Assembly: GCA_035294245.1 (NCBI GenBank)
Contig: DATGLG010000067.1
Location: 173,726-237,725 of the forward strand
DNA from: Alphaproteobacteria bacterium
GTDB taxonomy: Bacteria > Pseudomonadota > Alphaproteobacteria > JACZXZ01
Direction: 5' to 3'
DNA length: 64,000 nt
The notes under the pieces are model-generated. The model did not search any database, was not told where the DNA came from, and worked only from the letters and a program-made list of their open reading frames with translations. The position numbers and the translations under genes are program-made. The first letter of the stretch is position 1. Every line of letters begins with the position of its first letter. Shown piece after piece: positions 48,376-58,637 of this stretch.

Positions 48376-49187
48376 GGAAGAGGAACATGGTCCCAGGCAA
48401 GCCGCGCCTCGCCTATGACGAGGCCGGCGCCGGACCGGCGCTCGTCTTCCTCCACGGCATCGGGGGCAATCGGACGAACTGGCATGACCAGCTTCCGGCC
48501 TTTGCCGACCGCTTCCACGCCGTCGCCTGGGATGCCCGCGGCTATGGCGACTCCGATGACTATGACGGTCCCCTCGACTTTGCGGATTTCAGCGCCGATC
48601 TGCTGCGCCTTCTCGACCATCTCGGCGCCGCGCGGGCCCATCTCTGCGGCCTCTCCATGGGCGGGCGCATCGCCCAGGATTTTCATGATCGCCATCCGGA
48701 TCGCGTCGCCACGCTCGTGCTCTGCGATACCTTCGCCGGCTTCGAGGCTAGCTTCACGCCGGAGAAGCGCGCCGCCTTCGTCGAGATGCGGACGCGGTCG
48801 CTCATCGAGGGCGGCGCGCCGCGGGACATGGCGCCCGCGGTCGCCCGGCTCCTGATGGGGCCGCAGAGCCCGGCGCATGTCTATCGCCGCCTCGTCGACA
48901 GCATGTCCGCACTCCACACGGAGTCCTATATCAAGACCGTCATGGCGACCACGATGTACGACAAGACGGCGGCCCTGTCGCGGATCGCGGTGCCGACTCT
49001 CCTCGTCTATGGCGGCGACGACCGCCTCACGCCGGTCAAGATCGGCCGCGACATGGCGGCCAAGATTCCCGGCGCACGCCTCGTGGTGATCGAGGGATCG
49101 GGCCATCTCGTCAATATCGAGCAGCCCGATATCTTCAACGCGACGGTGCGCGATTTTCTGCTCGCCCATCGCGAGCGCGCATATTGA
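48376..49187 (+). CDS. Alpha/beta hydrolase fold protein
   Basis: RBS ggagg then MTIWKRNMVPGKPRLAYDEAGAGPALVFLHGIGGN; nucleophile elbow GLSMGG. Confidence 0.75.
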
Positions 49188-49211
49188 AGCGCGCCGCTGT
49201 GCCCGGGCAGC

Positions 49212-49505
49212 TTACTTCTTGCCGTAATTCGCCGCTAGATAGGCGATAATCTTCGGCACGTCCTCGGCGTTGACGGGACACCCATAGGCCTTGATCATCT
49301 TGTTGACCTCGGCCTCCCAGCCCTTCTGATCGAGGAAGGGCGAGTTGGTGATCGGATAATCGAGGCTGTGGCAGCCGACGCAGGCGCTCTGCACGAGATC
49401 CTTCCCCGGCCCGTCCTTGAGCTTGACCGCATCCTCGCCGGCCCAAGCGCTCGCGGCGAATCCGAGCATCCCGAAGGCCGCGGCTGCTCCCCACACCATG
49501 CGCAT
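49212..49505 (-). CDS. sorB: Mono-haem cytochrome c, SorB-like subunit of sulfite dehydrogenase
   Basis: 98 aa, signal peptide, haem motif CVGCH; RBS aaggagggg; immediately downstream of SorA. Confidence 0.75.
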   Translation of the reverse strand: MRMVWGAAAAFGMLGFAASAWAGEDAVKLKDGPGKDLVQSACVGCHSLDYPITNSPFLDQKGWEAEVNKMIKAYGCPVNAEDVPKIIAYLAANYGKK

Positions 49506-49518
49506 GGCATCCCCTCCT

Positions 49519-50754
49519 TTAGACGGCCTCGATCTGGATGTGCTGCACCACATTGTTGTGATAGCCGGCGCCGTTCCAGATCAGCTCGAAGACCTGGGTC
49601 GTGCCGGCCTTGTTGGATGCCTTGGCAATGATCGTGTGGGCGCCGCGCCTCGGCGTGAAGCTGTAATGCCATTGACGCCAGGCGAAACGGCCGAGGTCGG
49701 GGCCGAGGCTGGCGTCGCGCCAGCTCGCCCCATTATCCGTCGAGACCTCGACCCTCTGGATGCCGTAGCCCGCGTCCCAGGCGATACCCTGCACCGCGAG
49801 GGGCTTGCCTGCCTTGACGCGGGCGCCGGGATTGAGATTGGTGATGAGGGAATTGACCACCATCTCGGTGATCGGCGTCGTATCGGGCTTCTCCTGGGTC
49901 AGGAAGCGCTGGATGATCGGGAACTTCCCCGTCGGAATGCGGTAAGACGAGGTCACCCAGAAGCCCTTGAAGGGCTCGGAGAGGATCGTGACCTCGGTGA
50001 GGTGCTTCATCCAATAGGTCGCGGTCCAGCCCGGGACGATGAGCCGCGCCGGGTAGCCGTTGAAATGAGGCAGGTCGGCGCCGTTCATCGCATAGGCGAC
50101 GATGGTGTTCTCGTCGAGCGCCTTCCACACCGGCAAGCTCTTCTGGAAATCCGGTGTTGCGTCCATCACGGGGCCGTCGGCGCCGTTGAAGGCGACCTCC
50201 ACCGCCTCCTTCTTGACGCCGGCCTTGGCGAGCAGATCCTTGAGCCGCACGCCCTTCCATCTGGCGTTCCCCATGGCGCCATAGCCCCATTGCACGCCGG
50301 GGACGTGGGGGTCCGAGAGGCCGCGGCGGTTGCCGGAGCATTGGCACACCGCGGCGAACTCGACGGGCTCGAAATCGCGCTTGAGCTGGTCGAGCGAGAA
50401 GGCGACCGGCCGCTCGGCCGCGGCGCCGCTGATCCTGAGCTGCCATTTGGCGGCGTCGATCGTCTCGGGGATGCCAGCCAGGTGGTAGCGCACGAAGAAG
50501 GCGTTGTTGCGGGTATAGGCCTCGTTGAAATAGGCGGTCGGCGTCTCGTAATTCGGCGGCCGATAGGCGCGCTTGATGAGGGGAAGCTTGCCCGGCAGGG
50601 CATCGAGCACCGACTCGGCGAGAGCGCCCGCGGGCAGGCCGGGCGGGCCGAGATTGCCGCCGGCGGCCAGGGGGGATCGGCCCAGGAGCGTGGTGGCGCC
50701 GGCGAGCACCAGGCCGCTGCCGGCACTCTTGAGGACGGTTCTGCGGGTAATCAT
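49519..50754 (-). CDS. sorA: Sulfite-oxidase-family molybdopterin oxidoreductase, SorA-like catalytic subunit, Tat signal
   Basis: MITRRTVLKSAGSGLVLAGA Tat motif; Mo-cofactor and dimerisation domains by eye. Confidence 0.8.
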   Translation of the reverse strand: MITRRTVLKSAGSGLVLAGATTLLGRSPLAAGGNLGPPGLPAGALAESVLDALPGKLPLIKRAYRPPNYETPTAYFNEAYTRNNAFFVRYHLAGIPETIDAAKWQLRISGAAAERPVAFSLDQLKRDFEPVEFAAVCQCSGNRRGLSDPHVPGVQWGYGAMGNARWKGVRLKDLLAKAGVKKEAVEVAFNGADGPVMDATPDFQKSLPVWKALDENTIVAYAMNGADLPHFNGYPARLIVPGWTATYWMKHLTEVTILSEPFKGFWVTSSYRIPTGKFPIIQRFLTQEKPDTTPITEMVVNSLITNLNPGARVKAGKPLAVQGIAWDAGYGIQRVEVSTDNGASWRDASLGPDLGRFAWRQWHYSFTPRRGAHTIIAKASNKAGTTQVFELIWNGAGYHNNVVQHIQIEAV

Positions 50755-50949
50755 TCGCTCCCTCCCCTTGATTGCTCATTCTGCGGCGGCATTCGGGACG
50801 GGTGACGCACTCCCTTGAGCACCATGATAGGCCCGTGCTCGCGCTCGTGACAATGCGGCTCCCATGAGCCGCGCGAGCGAAGATTTCGCCTGCGAAGAGG
50901 CTGCGAAGAGGCTAGCCGAATCAGACGAAAAAGGGCAGTCTCCCCGCCC

Positions 50950-52503
50950 ATGGCAGAAGCGTCACAGGATCATCCGGGTTCGCCGCGGCTCGTGTTGGCA
51001 GGCATCACCAAGCAGTTTCCCGAGTGCCTTGCCAACGACCATGTCGACCTTGCGATCATGCCGGGGGAGATCCACGCCCTCCTCGGCGAGAACGGCGCCG
51101 GCAAGAGCACCCTCGTCAGGATCATCTATGGTCTGCTCCGCGCCGATGGCGGCGAGTTGCGCTGGGAAGGAACGCCGATCACCATCGCCAATCCCGCCGC
51201 CGCACGCCGACTCGGCATCGGCATGGTGTTTCAGCATTTCGCCTTGTTCGAGACGCTGACGGTCGTCGAGAACATCGCCCTCGGTCTCGATCAGGGCGGC
51301 GATCTCAAGACTCTGTCCCGGCGCATCGCCGAAGTCTCGAAGCATTACGGTCTCCAGGTCGATCCGCAGCGCCATGTCCACGCGCTCTCGGTGGGCGAGC
51401 GCCAGCGCGTCGAGATCGTGCGCTGCCTGCTGCAATCGCCGCGGCTCCTCATCATGGACGAGCCCACCTCGGTGTTGACCCCGAGGGAGGTCGAGCGCCT
51501 TTTCGTCGTGCTGCGCCGGCTTGCCGGCGAGGGCTGCAGCATCCTCTACATCAGCCACAAGCTCGACGAGATCCGCGCCCTCTGCGAGCGTGCCACGGTG
51601 CTGCGCCAGGGTCGCGTCGTGGCGAGCTGCGATCCGCGGCGGGAGACGGCCGCGAGCCTGGCCCAGATGATGGTCGGCCGCACTCTGCCGGCCGTCGATC
51701 GCCCGCCCGGCGAGGCGGGAGGCGAGGTGCTCGCGATCGACGGGCTTTCCCTTGCCGCCCAGGATCCCTTCGGCGTTGATCTCGCGGAGATCGGGCTCTC
51801 GGTGCGGGCCGGCGAGATCGTCGGCATCGCCGGGGTCGCCGGCAACGGCCAGACGGAGCTCTTGCGCGCGCTCTCGGGCGAGCGCCCGGCTCCGCCCGCC
51901 ACCATCCGCCTCGACGGCATCCCCATCGGGCGGCTCGGTCCGGCGGCCCGGCGGGCGCGCGGCCTCGCCTTCGTGCCCGAGGAGCGCCTCGGCCGCGGCG
52001 CCGTGGCCGAGATGACGCTCGCCGAGAACGCCCTCCTCACCGGCTATAGCCGCGGCCTCGTCTCTGCGGGATGGGTGCGCGGCGGCCGGGTGCGGCGTTT
52101 CGCCCGGCGCATCCGCGAGCGCTTCGGCGTGATCGCCGCCGCCGGCATCGATGCGGAGGCGCACAGCCTCTCCGGCGGCAATCTCCAGAAGTTCATCATC
52201 GGGCGCGAGATCCTGCTCGATCCCAGGCTCCTGGTCGCGGCGCATCCGACCTGGGGTGTCGATATCGGCGCCGCCCTGGCCATCCGCAAAGCCCTCCTCG
52301 AGCTGCGGTCTCACGGTGCCGCCCTCCTCATCGTCTCCGAGGATCTCGACGAGCTCTTCGAGATGTGCGACCGCATCGCCGTGATCGCGCGGGGGCGCCT
52401 CTCGCCGGCGCGCGCCGTGGCCGATGCCAGCCTCGAGGAACTCGGCGTGTGGATGAGCGGGCTCTTTGATGACGAATCCGGCGCGAACCGCGATGCGGCT
52501 TAG
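50950..52503 (+). CDS. ABC transporter ATP-binding protein, duplicated ATPase (BMP/nucleoside-sugar type)
   Basis: Two Walker A sites, GENGAGKST and [10 protein letters not shown]. Confidence 0.85.
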   Translation: MAEASQDHPGSPRLVLAGITKQFPECLANDHVDLAIMPGEIHALLGENGAGKSTLVRIIYGLLRADGGELRWEGTPITIANPAAARRLGIGMVFQHFALFETLTVVENIALGLDQGGDLKTLSRRIAEVSKHYGLQVDPQRHVHALSVGERQRVEIVRCLLQSPRLLIMDEPTSVLTPREVERLFVVLRRLAGEGCSILYISHKLDEIRALCERATVLRQGRVVASCDPRRETAASLAQMMVGRTLPAVDRPPGEAGGEVLAIDGLSLAAQDPFGVDLAEIGLSVRAGEIVGIAGVAGNGQTELLRALSGERPAPPATIRLDGIPIGRLGPAARRARGLAFVPEERLGRGAVAEMTLAENALLTGYSRGLVSAGWVRGGRVRRFARRIRERFGVIAAAGIDAEAHSLSGGNLQKFIIGREILLDPRLLVAAHPTWGVDIGAALAIRKALLELRSHGAALLIVSEDLDELFEMCDRIAVIARGRLSPARAVADASLEELGVWMSGLFDDESGANRDAA

Positions 52504-53569
52504 GCTCGAGCTACGCGAGCGGCCCTCGCGCGCCATCGCGCTCTGCTCGCCGCTTGCCGCTGTGGCGCTGACCTTGGCCTGCGGTGCGGCGCTGTTCACC
52601 GCGATTGGCTATGACCCGCGCGCCGTCCTCGATGCCTATTTCCTCAAGCCCCTCGGCAGCGTCTACGGGCTCGCCGAGCTCGCACTCAAGGCGACGCCCC
52701 TGGCGCTTTGCGCGACCGGCCTCGCGGTCGGCTTCCGCGGCAATGTCTGGAACATCGGCGCCGAGGGGCAGTTGACCATGGGCGCTATCGCCGGCGGCGG
52801 ACTCGCGCTTGCCTTTCCCGACAGCGAGAGCGGCTGGCTGCTCCCGGCCATGCTCGTGGCGGGCATTCTCGGCGGCATGGCCTGGGCGGCGATCCCCGCC
52901 TTCCTGCGCACGCGCTTTCAGGCGAACGAGATCCTCACCAGCCTGATGCTCACTTACGTGGCGCAGCTTTTCCTCGGCTATCTGGTGCATGGCCCGTGGC
53001 GCGATCCTGCCGGGTTCAATTTCCCCCAATCGCGCCAGTTCGGCGACGCCGCCCTCCTGCCCGTGCTCGTCGGCGGCACGCGCCTCACGCCCGCGATCTT
53101 CTTCGCCCTCGCCGCGGTCGCGCTCGTCTGGCTGCTGCTCGCGCGCAGCTTTGCCGGGTTTCGCATCCGCGTGGTGGGGCTCGCGGCGGCAGCGGCGGAT
53201 TACGCCGGCTTCAGCCATGGGCGCGTGATCTGGCTCAGCCTGCTGCTCTCGGGCGGGCTCGCGGGACTTGCGGGGATCTGCGAGGTCGCCGGCCCGATCG
53301 GGCAGCTCCTGCCGGTCATCTCGCCGGGCTACGGCTTTGCTGCCATCATCGTCGCTTTCCTCGGCCGCCTGCATCCCGTGGGAATCCTGCTGGCGAGCCT
53401 GCTCATGGCCCTCGTCTATCTCGGCGGCGAATCGGCGCAGGTGGATCTCGGCCTGCCGCTCGCGGTCACGGGGATGTTCCAGGGCCTGCTGCTCTTCTTC
53501 CTCCTGGCCGGCGATCTCTTCCTGCGCTACCGCCTGCGGGTCGCGGTGCCAGCTTCCGCGGCGGCATGA
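52466..53569 (+). CDS. ABC transporter permease (BMP-family system)
   Basis: Multi-TM permease; alternative start M at 52493. Confidence 0.8.
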   Translation: MMTNPARTAMRLRLELRERPSRAIALCSPLAAVALTLACGAALFTAIGYDPRAVLDAYFLKPLGSVYGLAELALKATPLALCATGLAVGFRGNVWNIGAEGQLTMGAIAGGGLALAFPDSESGWLLPAMLVAGILGGMAWAAIPAFLRTRFQANEILTSLMLTYVAQLFLGYLVHGPWRDPAGFNFPQSRQFGDAALLPVLVGGTRLTPAIFFALAAVALVWLLLARSFAGFRIRVVGLAAAAADYAGFSHGRVIWLSLLLSGGLAGLAGICEVAGPIGQLLPVISPGYGFAAIIVAFLGRLHPVGILLASLLMALVYLGGESAQVDLGLPLAVTGMFQGLLLFFLLAGDLFLRYRLRVAVPASAAA

Positions 53570-54495
53570 GCGGTCTCGACGCGAGCGCCGCGATCCTGGC
53601 CGCGACCCTTCGCGCGGGGACACCTCTCGTCTTCGCCGCCCTCGGCGAGCTGGTGGTCGAGAAGTCCGGCGTCCTCAATCTCGGCGTCGAGGGCATGATG
53701 CTGACCGGGGCCGTCGCCGGCTTCGCCACCGCGGCGGTGACGGGCGATCCCGCTCTCGGCTTCGCCGCGGCGATGCTGGCGGGAGCGCTCCTCGCCCTCG
53801 TCTTCGCCGCCGTCACTCTTTCCCTTCTCGCCAACCAGGTGGCGAGCGGCCTCGCCCTCAGCATTTTCGGCATCGGCCTCTCGGCCTTCGTCGGGCGCGG
53901 GTATATCGGCGCACCCGTCGCGGGCGTGGGATCGCTCTCGATTCCGGTCCTGAGCAAGCTCCCGCTGCTCGGCCCCGTTCTCTTCGCCCAGGACCCGCTC
54001 GTCTATCTCTCGATCGTCCTCTTTCTCGCCATCGAGTGGTTCCTCTACCGCACCCGCGCCGGCCTCATGCTCCGCGCCGTCGGCGAATCGCCCGGCGTCG
54101 CCCATGCGCTCGGCTATCACGTGCTGCGCATCCGCTACGCCGCGGTGCTCTTTGGCGGCGCCATGGCCGGGCTCGCCGGCGGCTATCTCTCCCTCGTCTA
54201 CACCCCGATGTGGGCGGAGAACATGACCGCCGGCCGCGGCTGGATCGCGCTTGCCCTCGTCGTCTTCGCCACCTGGAAGCCGCGCCGCGTGCTGCTCGGA
54301 GCCTATCTCTTCGGCGGCGTCACCATCCTCCAGCTCTATGCGCAAGGTGCCGGCCTCGCCGCCTCGGCGCAGCTCCTGGCGACCCTGCCCTATCTCGCGA
54401 CGGTGCTCGTCCTCGTGCTCATCTCGCGCAACGCGGCGACGATCCGGCTCAACGCCCCCGCCTCCCTCGGCAAGGCCTTTCATCCGGACGGCTGA
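53566..54495 (+). CDS. ABC transporter permease (second, BMP-family system)
   Basis: MSGLDASAAILAATLRAGTPLVFAALGELVVEKSGVLNLGVEGMM; ATGA overlap. Confidence 0.8.
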   Translation: MSGLDASAAILAATLRAGTPLVFAALGELVVEKSGVLNLGVEGMMLTGAVAGFATAAVTGDPALGFAAAMLAGALLALVFAAVTLSLLANQVASGLALSIFGIGLSAFVGRGYIGAPVAGVGSLSIPVLSKLPLLGPVLFAQDPLVYLSIVLFLAIEWFLYRTRAGLMLRAVGESPGVAHALGYHVLRIRYAAVLFGGAMAGLAGGYLSLVYTPMWAENMTAGRGWIALALVVFATWKPRRVLLGAYLFGGVTILQLYAQGAGLAASAQLLATLPYLATVLVLVLISRNAATIRLNAPASLGKAFHPDG

Positions 54496-54582
54496 GAGGG
54501 CATGATGCGCCGCCGCCGGCGGGGGCGCCGCGCGGGATTGCCCGGAGGGGCGGCAAGCACATCTTAGTGGGGGAGATCGGAT

Positions 54583-55677
54583 ATGAATCGTCGCAACGCA
54601 TTCAGGCGGCTGGGCGGGCTCGCTCTCGGAGCGGCGGCTCTCGCGATGGCCGGCACCGTCGGCGGCTCGGCTGCCGAGCCGCTCAAGGTCGCGTTCGTCT
54701 ATGTGAGCCCGGTGAGCGACGCCGGCTGGACCTTCCAGCATGAGACCGCCCGGCGCGAGCTCCAGCAGGCCTTGGGCGACAAGATCAAGACGAGCTTCGT
54801 CGAGAATGTCAGCGAGGGGGCCGATGCCGAGCGCGTCATCCGCGAGCTCGCCGCCAATGGCAACAAGGTGATCTTCACCACCTCCTTCGGCTTCATGAAC
54901 CCGACGATCAAGGTGGCGAAGCAATTCCCCAATGTGATCTTCGAGCACGCCACCGGCTACAAGCGCGCGAAGAACGTCGGCACCTATTCCGCGCGCTTCT
55001 ACGAGGCGCGCTATTTGACGGGCATGGTCGCCGGCAAGATGACCAAGACGAACACCCTGGGCTATGTCGCGGCGTTCCCGATCCCCGAGGTGGTGCAGGG
55101 CATCGACGCCTTCACTCTGGGTGCTCGCGCCGTCAATCCCAAGGCCGAGGTCAAGGTGATCTGGACGAGCGCCTGGTACGATCCCGGCAAGGAGCGCGAG
55201 GCGACGGACACGCTCATCGCGCAGGGTGCCGACATCGTGACCCATCACACCGATTCGACCGCCGTGGTGCAGGAGGCCGAGGCCAAGCACATCTACGCCA
55301 TCGCCTATCACTCGGACATGTCGAAATACGGCCCCCACGCCCAGCTCACCGCCGCCGTCCATCACTGGGGCCAATACTACATCCGCGAGGTGAAGGCGGT
55401 CCTGGCGGGCACCTGGAAGTCGGGCGACGTCTGGGGCGGCATCAAGGACGGGATGGTCGACATCGCGCCGCTCAACCCGGTCGTCCCCAAGGACGTCGCG
55501 GCATTGGTCGAGACGAGGAAGGGCGACATCGCCGCGGGCCGGTTCCAGCCCTTCCAGGGCCCCATCGACGACAACCACGGCAAGCTCCGCGTCCCCGCCG
55601 GCAAGGCCCTGACCGACAAGGAGATTCTGTCTCTCAACTGGTATGTGGCGGGGGTCCAGGGCGAGCTGCCGAAGTAG
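54583..55677 (+). CDS. BMP-family (Med/PnrA-like) ABC transporter substrate-binding lipoprotein/periplasmic protein
   Basis: 364 aa; signal peptide; BMP family. Confidence 0.85.
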   Translation: MNRRNAFRRLGGLALGAAALAMAGTVGGSAAEPLKVAFVYVSPVSDAGWTFQHETARRELQQALGDKIKTSFVENVSEGADAERVIRELAANGNKVIFTTSFGFMNPTIKVAKQFPNVIFEHATGYKRAKNVGTYSARFYEARYLTGMVAGKMTKTNTLGYVAAFPIPEVVQGIDAFTLGARAVNPKAEVKVIWTSAWYDPGKEREATDTLIAQGADIVTHHTDSTAVVQEAEAKHIYAIAYHSDMSKYGPHAQLTAAVHHWGQYYIREVKAVLAGTWKSGDVWGGIKDGMVDIAPLNPVVPKDVAALVETRKGDIAAGRFQPFQGPIDDNHGKLRVPAGKALTDKEILSLNWYVAGVQGELPK

Positions 55678-55681
55678 CGTC

Positions 55682-55725
55682 GTCGCCCGCGGGCGAGGGG
55701 GCGACTTTGGCATCCCCTTTTCGCG
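55682..55725 (+). terminator. Rho-independent terminator-like hairpin plus T-tract after SBP gene
   Basis: gtcgccc...gggcgac stem (contains 12-bp palindrome cgcccgcgggcg) followed by tttggcatcccctttt. Confidence 0.4.
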
Positions 55726-55840
55726 ATTTTCGGAGAAACGCCTTTGCTTTTAATGTGTTAGGAATGGATGCGGCGTGCCGCATCGCAAGGATGGGGTAAA
55801 CATAGCAGGGCATCCATTTTACCCTGCTACGGCCCTAACC

Positions 55841-57679
55841 TCACCGTCCGACGGCGTAGCCTTGCATGTTGCGGGGATTGGCGCCGGCCTTGAGGAACGG
55901 GCCGTCCTTGGCGCAGGCGCAGAGGCGGCCGAGGGACCAGGGCTCGCCCACGGTGACCTTGTGGCCGCGCTTCCGCAGCTCCTCTACGGCCTCCGGCGCG
56001 AAGCGGCCCTCGAGGGTGAGCGAGCCGGGCTCCGACGCACGCGGATAGAAGGAGTTGGGCCAGTGCTGGGATTGGAAGGCGGGCTGCTCGATCGCCTCCT
56101 GCAGGTTGAGCTTGTGGTCGACATGGCGGAGGAAGAACTGCAGCGCCCATTGGTCCTGGCCGTCGCCGCCGGGCGAGCCGAAGACCATGTAGGGCTCGCC
56201 CTCGCGGAGCGCCAGGCCGGGGCTTAGAGTCGTGCGCGGCCGCCGCCCCGGCGCCAGGCTCGCGGGATAGCCCTCCTCGAGCCAGAACATCTGGGCGCGC
56301 GAGCCGAGGCAGAAGCCGAGCTCCGGGATCACCGGCGAGCTTTGCAGCCAGCCGCCGCTCGGCATGCCGGCGACCATGTTGCCGTGGCGGTCGATCACGT
56401 CGACATGCACGGTGTCGCCGGCGACCACGCCGCTCGCCGCGAGATTGGGCTCGCCGGTCCCCACCGCCGCCATGCGGTTGGGCTCGCCGGTGCCCGCCGC
56501 GGCGAGTCCGCGCGCCGCCACGGCGATGCCGCCGGCGGCCTGGGGCAGGCGCGGCGCCCTGCCGCCCACACTTCCCGGCCGCAGCTCGAGGGAGGCCGTC
56601 TCGCCGATCAGCTTTCGCCGCGCGTCGTTATAGGCATCGCCGAGCAGGGCCGCCATCGGCACGTCGCAATAATCCGGGTCGCCATACCACGCCTCGCGAT
56701 CGGCGAAGGCGAGCTTCATGCATTCGTTGACGAGGTGGACGAACGCGGCGCCGTCGGGCTGGGTGGCAGCAAGGTCGAAGCCCTTGAGCAGCGCCAGGGA
56801 CTGGAGGAAGACGGGGCCCTGGCCCCAGGGCCCCGTCTTGGCGACGGTGTAGCCGCGATAGTCGTAGGTGAGGGGCGCCTCGATGCGCGCCTGCCAGCGC
56901 GCCATGTCGTCGGCGGTGAGCACGCCCCTGTGCCGCCGGCCCGAGCTGTCGAGGATCTCGTTGCTGCGGCAGAAGCGATCGATGGCCTCGGCGACGAAGC
57001 CGCGATAATAGGCGTTGCGCGCCGCCTCGACCTGCCTGACGCGATCGCCGCCCGCCGCCTCGGCCTCCTTGATGAGCCGCGCATAGCAATCGGCGAGGGC
57101 GGGATTCGTCATCAGGCTGCCGGGCTTGGGCGCCTTGCCGCCGCGCAGATAGACGGCGGCGGAGGTGGGCCAGGCCTCGCTGAAGAGCTGCGCCACCTTG
57201 GCCACGTACTCGCTCATCGCCTGGCTCACGGGATAGCCGTGGCGCGCGTAATGGATGGCGGGCTCGATCACCTCCCGCGGCGTCATGGTGCCGTGGTCGC
57301 GGAGCAGCGTCATCCAGCCCTCGAAGGCCCCCGGCACCACGGCGGCGAGAAGGCCGGTCCCCGGCACGAGGTCGAGGCCGAGGCTGCGGTAATGGGCGAT
57401 GGTGGCGCCCATGGGGGCGGGTCCCTGCGCGCAGATCACCTCCACGCGCCTGGTCGCGGCGCTGTAGAGGATGATCGGCACGTCCCCGCCGAGCCCGTTC
57501 TGGTGGGGCTCGACCACCTGGAGCGCGAAGGCGGCGGCGACCGCGGCGTCGAAGGCGTTGCCGCCCTTCTCGAGGATCCCCATGGCGACGCCCGCCGGGA
57601 TCCAGTGGGTGGTGGAGACGACGCCGAAGGTGCCCTTGATCTCGGGCCGCAGGGTGAACATCGCGGGAAGATCCTTCAT
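55841..57679 (-). CDS. Gamma-glutamyltransferase family protein
   Basis: Start MKDLPAMFTLRPEIKGTFGVVSTTHW (ATG rc at 57679); GGT fold. Internal 33-bp tandem duplication at 56447..56512. Confidence 0.8.
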   Translation of the reverse strand: MKDLPAMFTLRPEIKGTFGVVSTTHWIPAGVAMGILEKGGNAFDAAVAAAFALQVVEPHQNGLGGDVPIILYSAATRRVEVICAQGPAPMGATIAHYRSLGLDLVPGTGLLAAVVPGAFEGWMTLLRDHGTMTPREVIEPAIHYARHGYPVSQAMSEYVAKVAQLFSEAWPTSAAVYLRGGKAPKPGSLMTNPALADCYARLIKEAEAAGGDRVRQVEAARNAYYRGFVAEAIDRFCRSNEILDSSGRRHRGVLTADDMARWQARIEAPLTYDYRGYTVAKTGPWGQGPVFLQSLALLKGFDLAATQPDGAAFVHLVNECMKLAFADREAWYGDPDYCDVPMAALLGDAYNDARRKLIGETASLELRPGSVGGRAPRLPQAAGGIAVAARGLAAAGTGEPNRMAAVGTGEPNLAASGVVAGDTVHVDVIDRHGNMVAGMPSGGWLQSSPVIPELGFCLGSRAQMFWLEEGYPASLAPGRRPRTTLSPGLALREGEPYMVFGSPGGDGQDQWALQFFLRHVDHKLNLQEAIEQPAFQSQHWPNSFYPRASEPGSLTLEGRFAPEAVEELRKRGHKVTVGEPWSLGRLCACAKDGPFLKAGANPRNMQGYAVGR

Positions 57680-57755
57680 GGGAGCGGAATGGCGCGAACT
57701 ATAGACAGCGCGTCCCCGAGGGGCAACCGGCTCCGGGGCCGTGGACCGGCGATCC

Positions 57756-58262
57756 CTACAGCCTCTCCAAAGCCGCCAATGCCGTGGCGATCGGGAGGAA
57801 AAGGCGCAGCGGCCGCGACGGGAACCGGCGGAATCCGTATCCCTCATAGAATGCGGCGGCGCGGTCGTCCTTGGCGTCGACGACGATGGCGAAAACGGCG
57901 ACCGAGCGCCCGGCGCCGAGGATGCGGCGAATCGCATCGGCGAGAAGAAGGTCGCCGACCCCTTGTCCGCGCCAGCGCTCGTCCCGTGCGAGCCGCCCGA
58001 TCAAGGCCGCCGGTATCGCCTCATAGCGCGGCAGCCTGCGCGCGATCTCCTCGGGCAGATCCGCGATCGCCAGCGCGAACGAGCCGAGGCTGTAGAATCC
58101 GGCTACTCGCCCCTCGCCATCGACGGCCACGAAGACGCGCGCGACGTTGCGCTTCTCGTCTTGGCTCGCCCGTCGGTGGAACCACGCGTCGAGCTCGGCC
58201 TGGCCGCAGGAGAACCCCGCCCGATCGTGTTGCCGACCGAGCGGCTCGATTCGCAGCTCCAA
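57756..58262 (-). CDS. GNAT-family N-acetyltransferase toxin (TacT/KacT/AtaT-like) of type II TA pair
   Basis: 168 aa; acetyl-CoA binding RWRGQGVGDLLLADAI; immediately downstream of DUF1778 gene. Confidence 0.75.
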   Translation of the reverse strand: MELRIEPLGRQHDRAGFSCGQAELDAWFHRRASQDEKRNVARVFVAVDGEGRVAGFYSLGSFALAIADLPEEIARRLPRYEAIPAALIGRLARDERWRGQGVGDLLLADAIRRILGAGRSVAVFAIVVDAKDDRAAAFYEGYGFRRFPSRPLRLFLPIATALAALERL

Positions 58263-58267
58263 GACGG

Positions 58268-58567
58268 TTATCCGAAGAGATCGCGATGGCGCTTCAGCGC
58301 CGCAATCAGCTTCGCGGCCGGCGCCGGCGGATCGCGCAGGGCGTCGAGGAAGACGTCCCGATCGGCGCCGACGAGCAGCATGCGCTCGTGCTCATCGAGC
58401 AGGCGGCGTGCGCCTTCATAGGCAAGATCGCCGGCGGTCAATCCCGAAACTGCCATCGCGCGCTGAATGAGGCGCTTGGCCGAGGGCGCGACCCGCAACT
58501 CGAGCCTCTCCTTCTTCAACTCACGAGCGTGCGAGGGTTTGCGACGTGCAGAGCCCGGCATGGCCAT
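58268..58567 (-). CDS. DUF1778-family (TacA/KacA-like, RHH) antitoxin
   Basis: MAMPGSARRKPSHARELKKERLELRVAPSAKRLIQRAMAVSGLTAGD...; start at ATG rc 58567 (or 58561). Confidence 0.7.
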   Translation of the reverse strand: MAMPGSARRKPSHARELKKERLELRVAPSAKRLIQRAMAVSGLTAGDLAYEGARRLLDEHERMLLVGADRDVFLDALRDPPAPAAKLIAALKRHRDLFG

Positions 58568-58615
58568 TTCCTTCGTGCGAGAAAAAGTACGGCAAATCAC
58601 CGTGCATGACAAGTC

Positions 58616-58637
58616 GTGTGATCGGCGTGTGATCGGC
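58616..58637. promoter_or_regulatory. Tandem 11-bp direct repeat gtgtgatcggc x2 in the TA promoter region (candidate antitoxin operator)
   Basis: Perfect tandem repeat ~50-70 bp upstream of antitoxin start. Confidence 0.35.

Noticed and set aside
53527-55713. 728-aa minus-strand ORF, and similarly 50962..52599, 56342..58609, 45290..46957, 42024..43604, 24089..25717, 25977..27605
   Set aside because: All lie antisense to clearly recognisable genes (ABC transporter, GGT, hpnJ, pstAB, SBPs) and have low-complexity, Arg/Ala/Gly-rich translations.
55763-55830. Palindromes gatgcggc-gtg-ccgcatc and tagcaggg...ccctgcta between the BMP SBP gene and the GGT gene
   Set aside because: Most simply explained as bidirectional terminator hairpins for the two convergent genes. 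Nothing further stands out.
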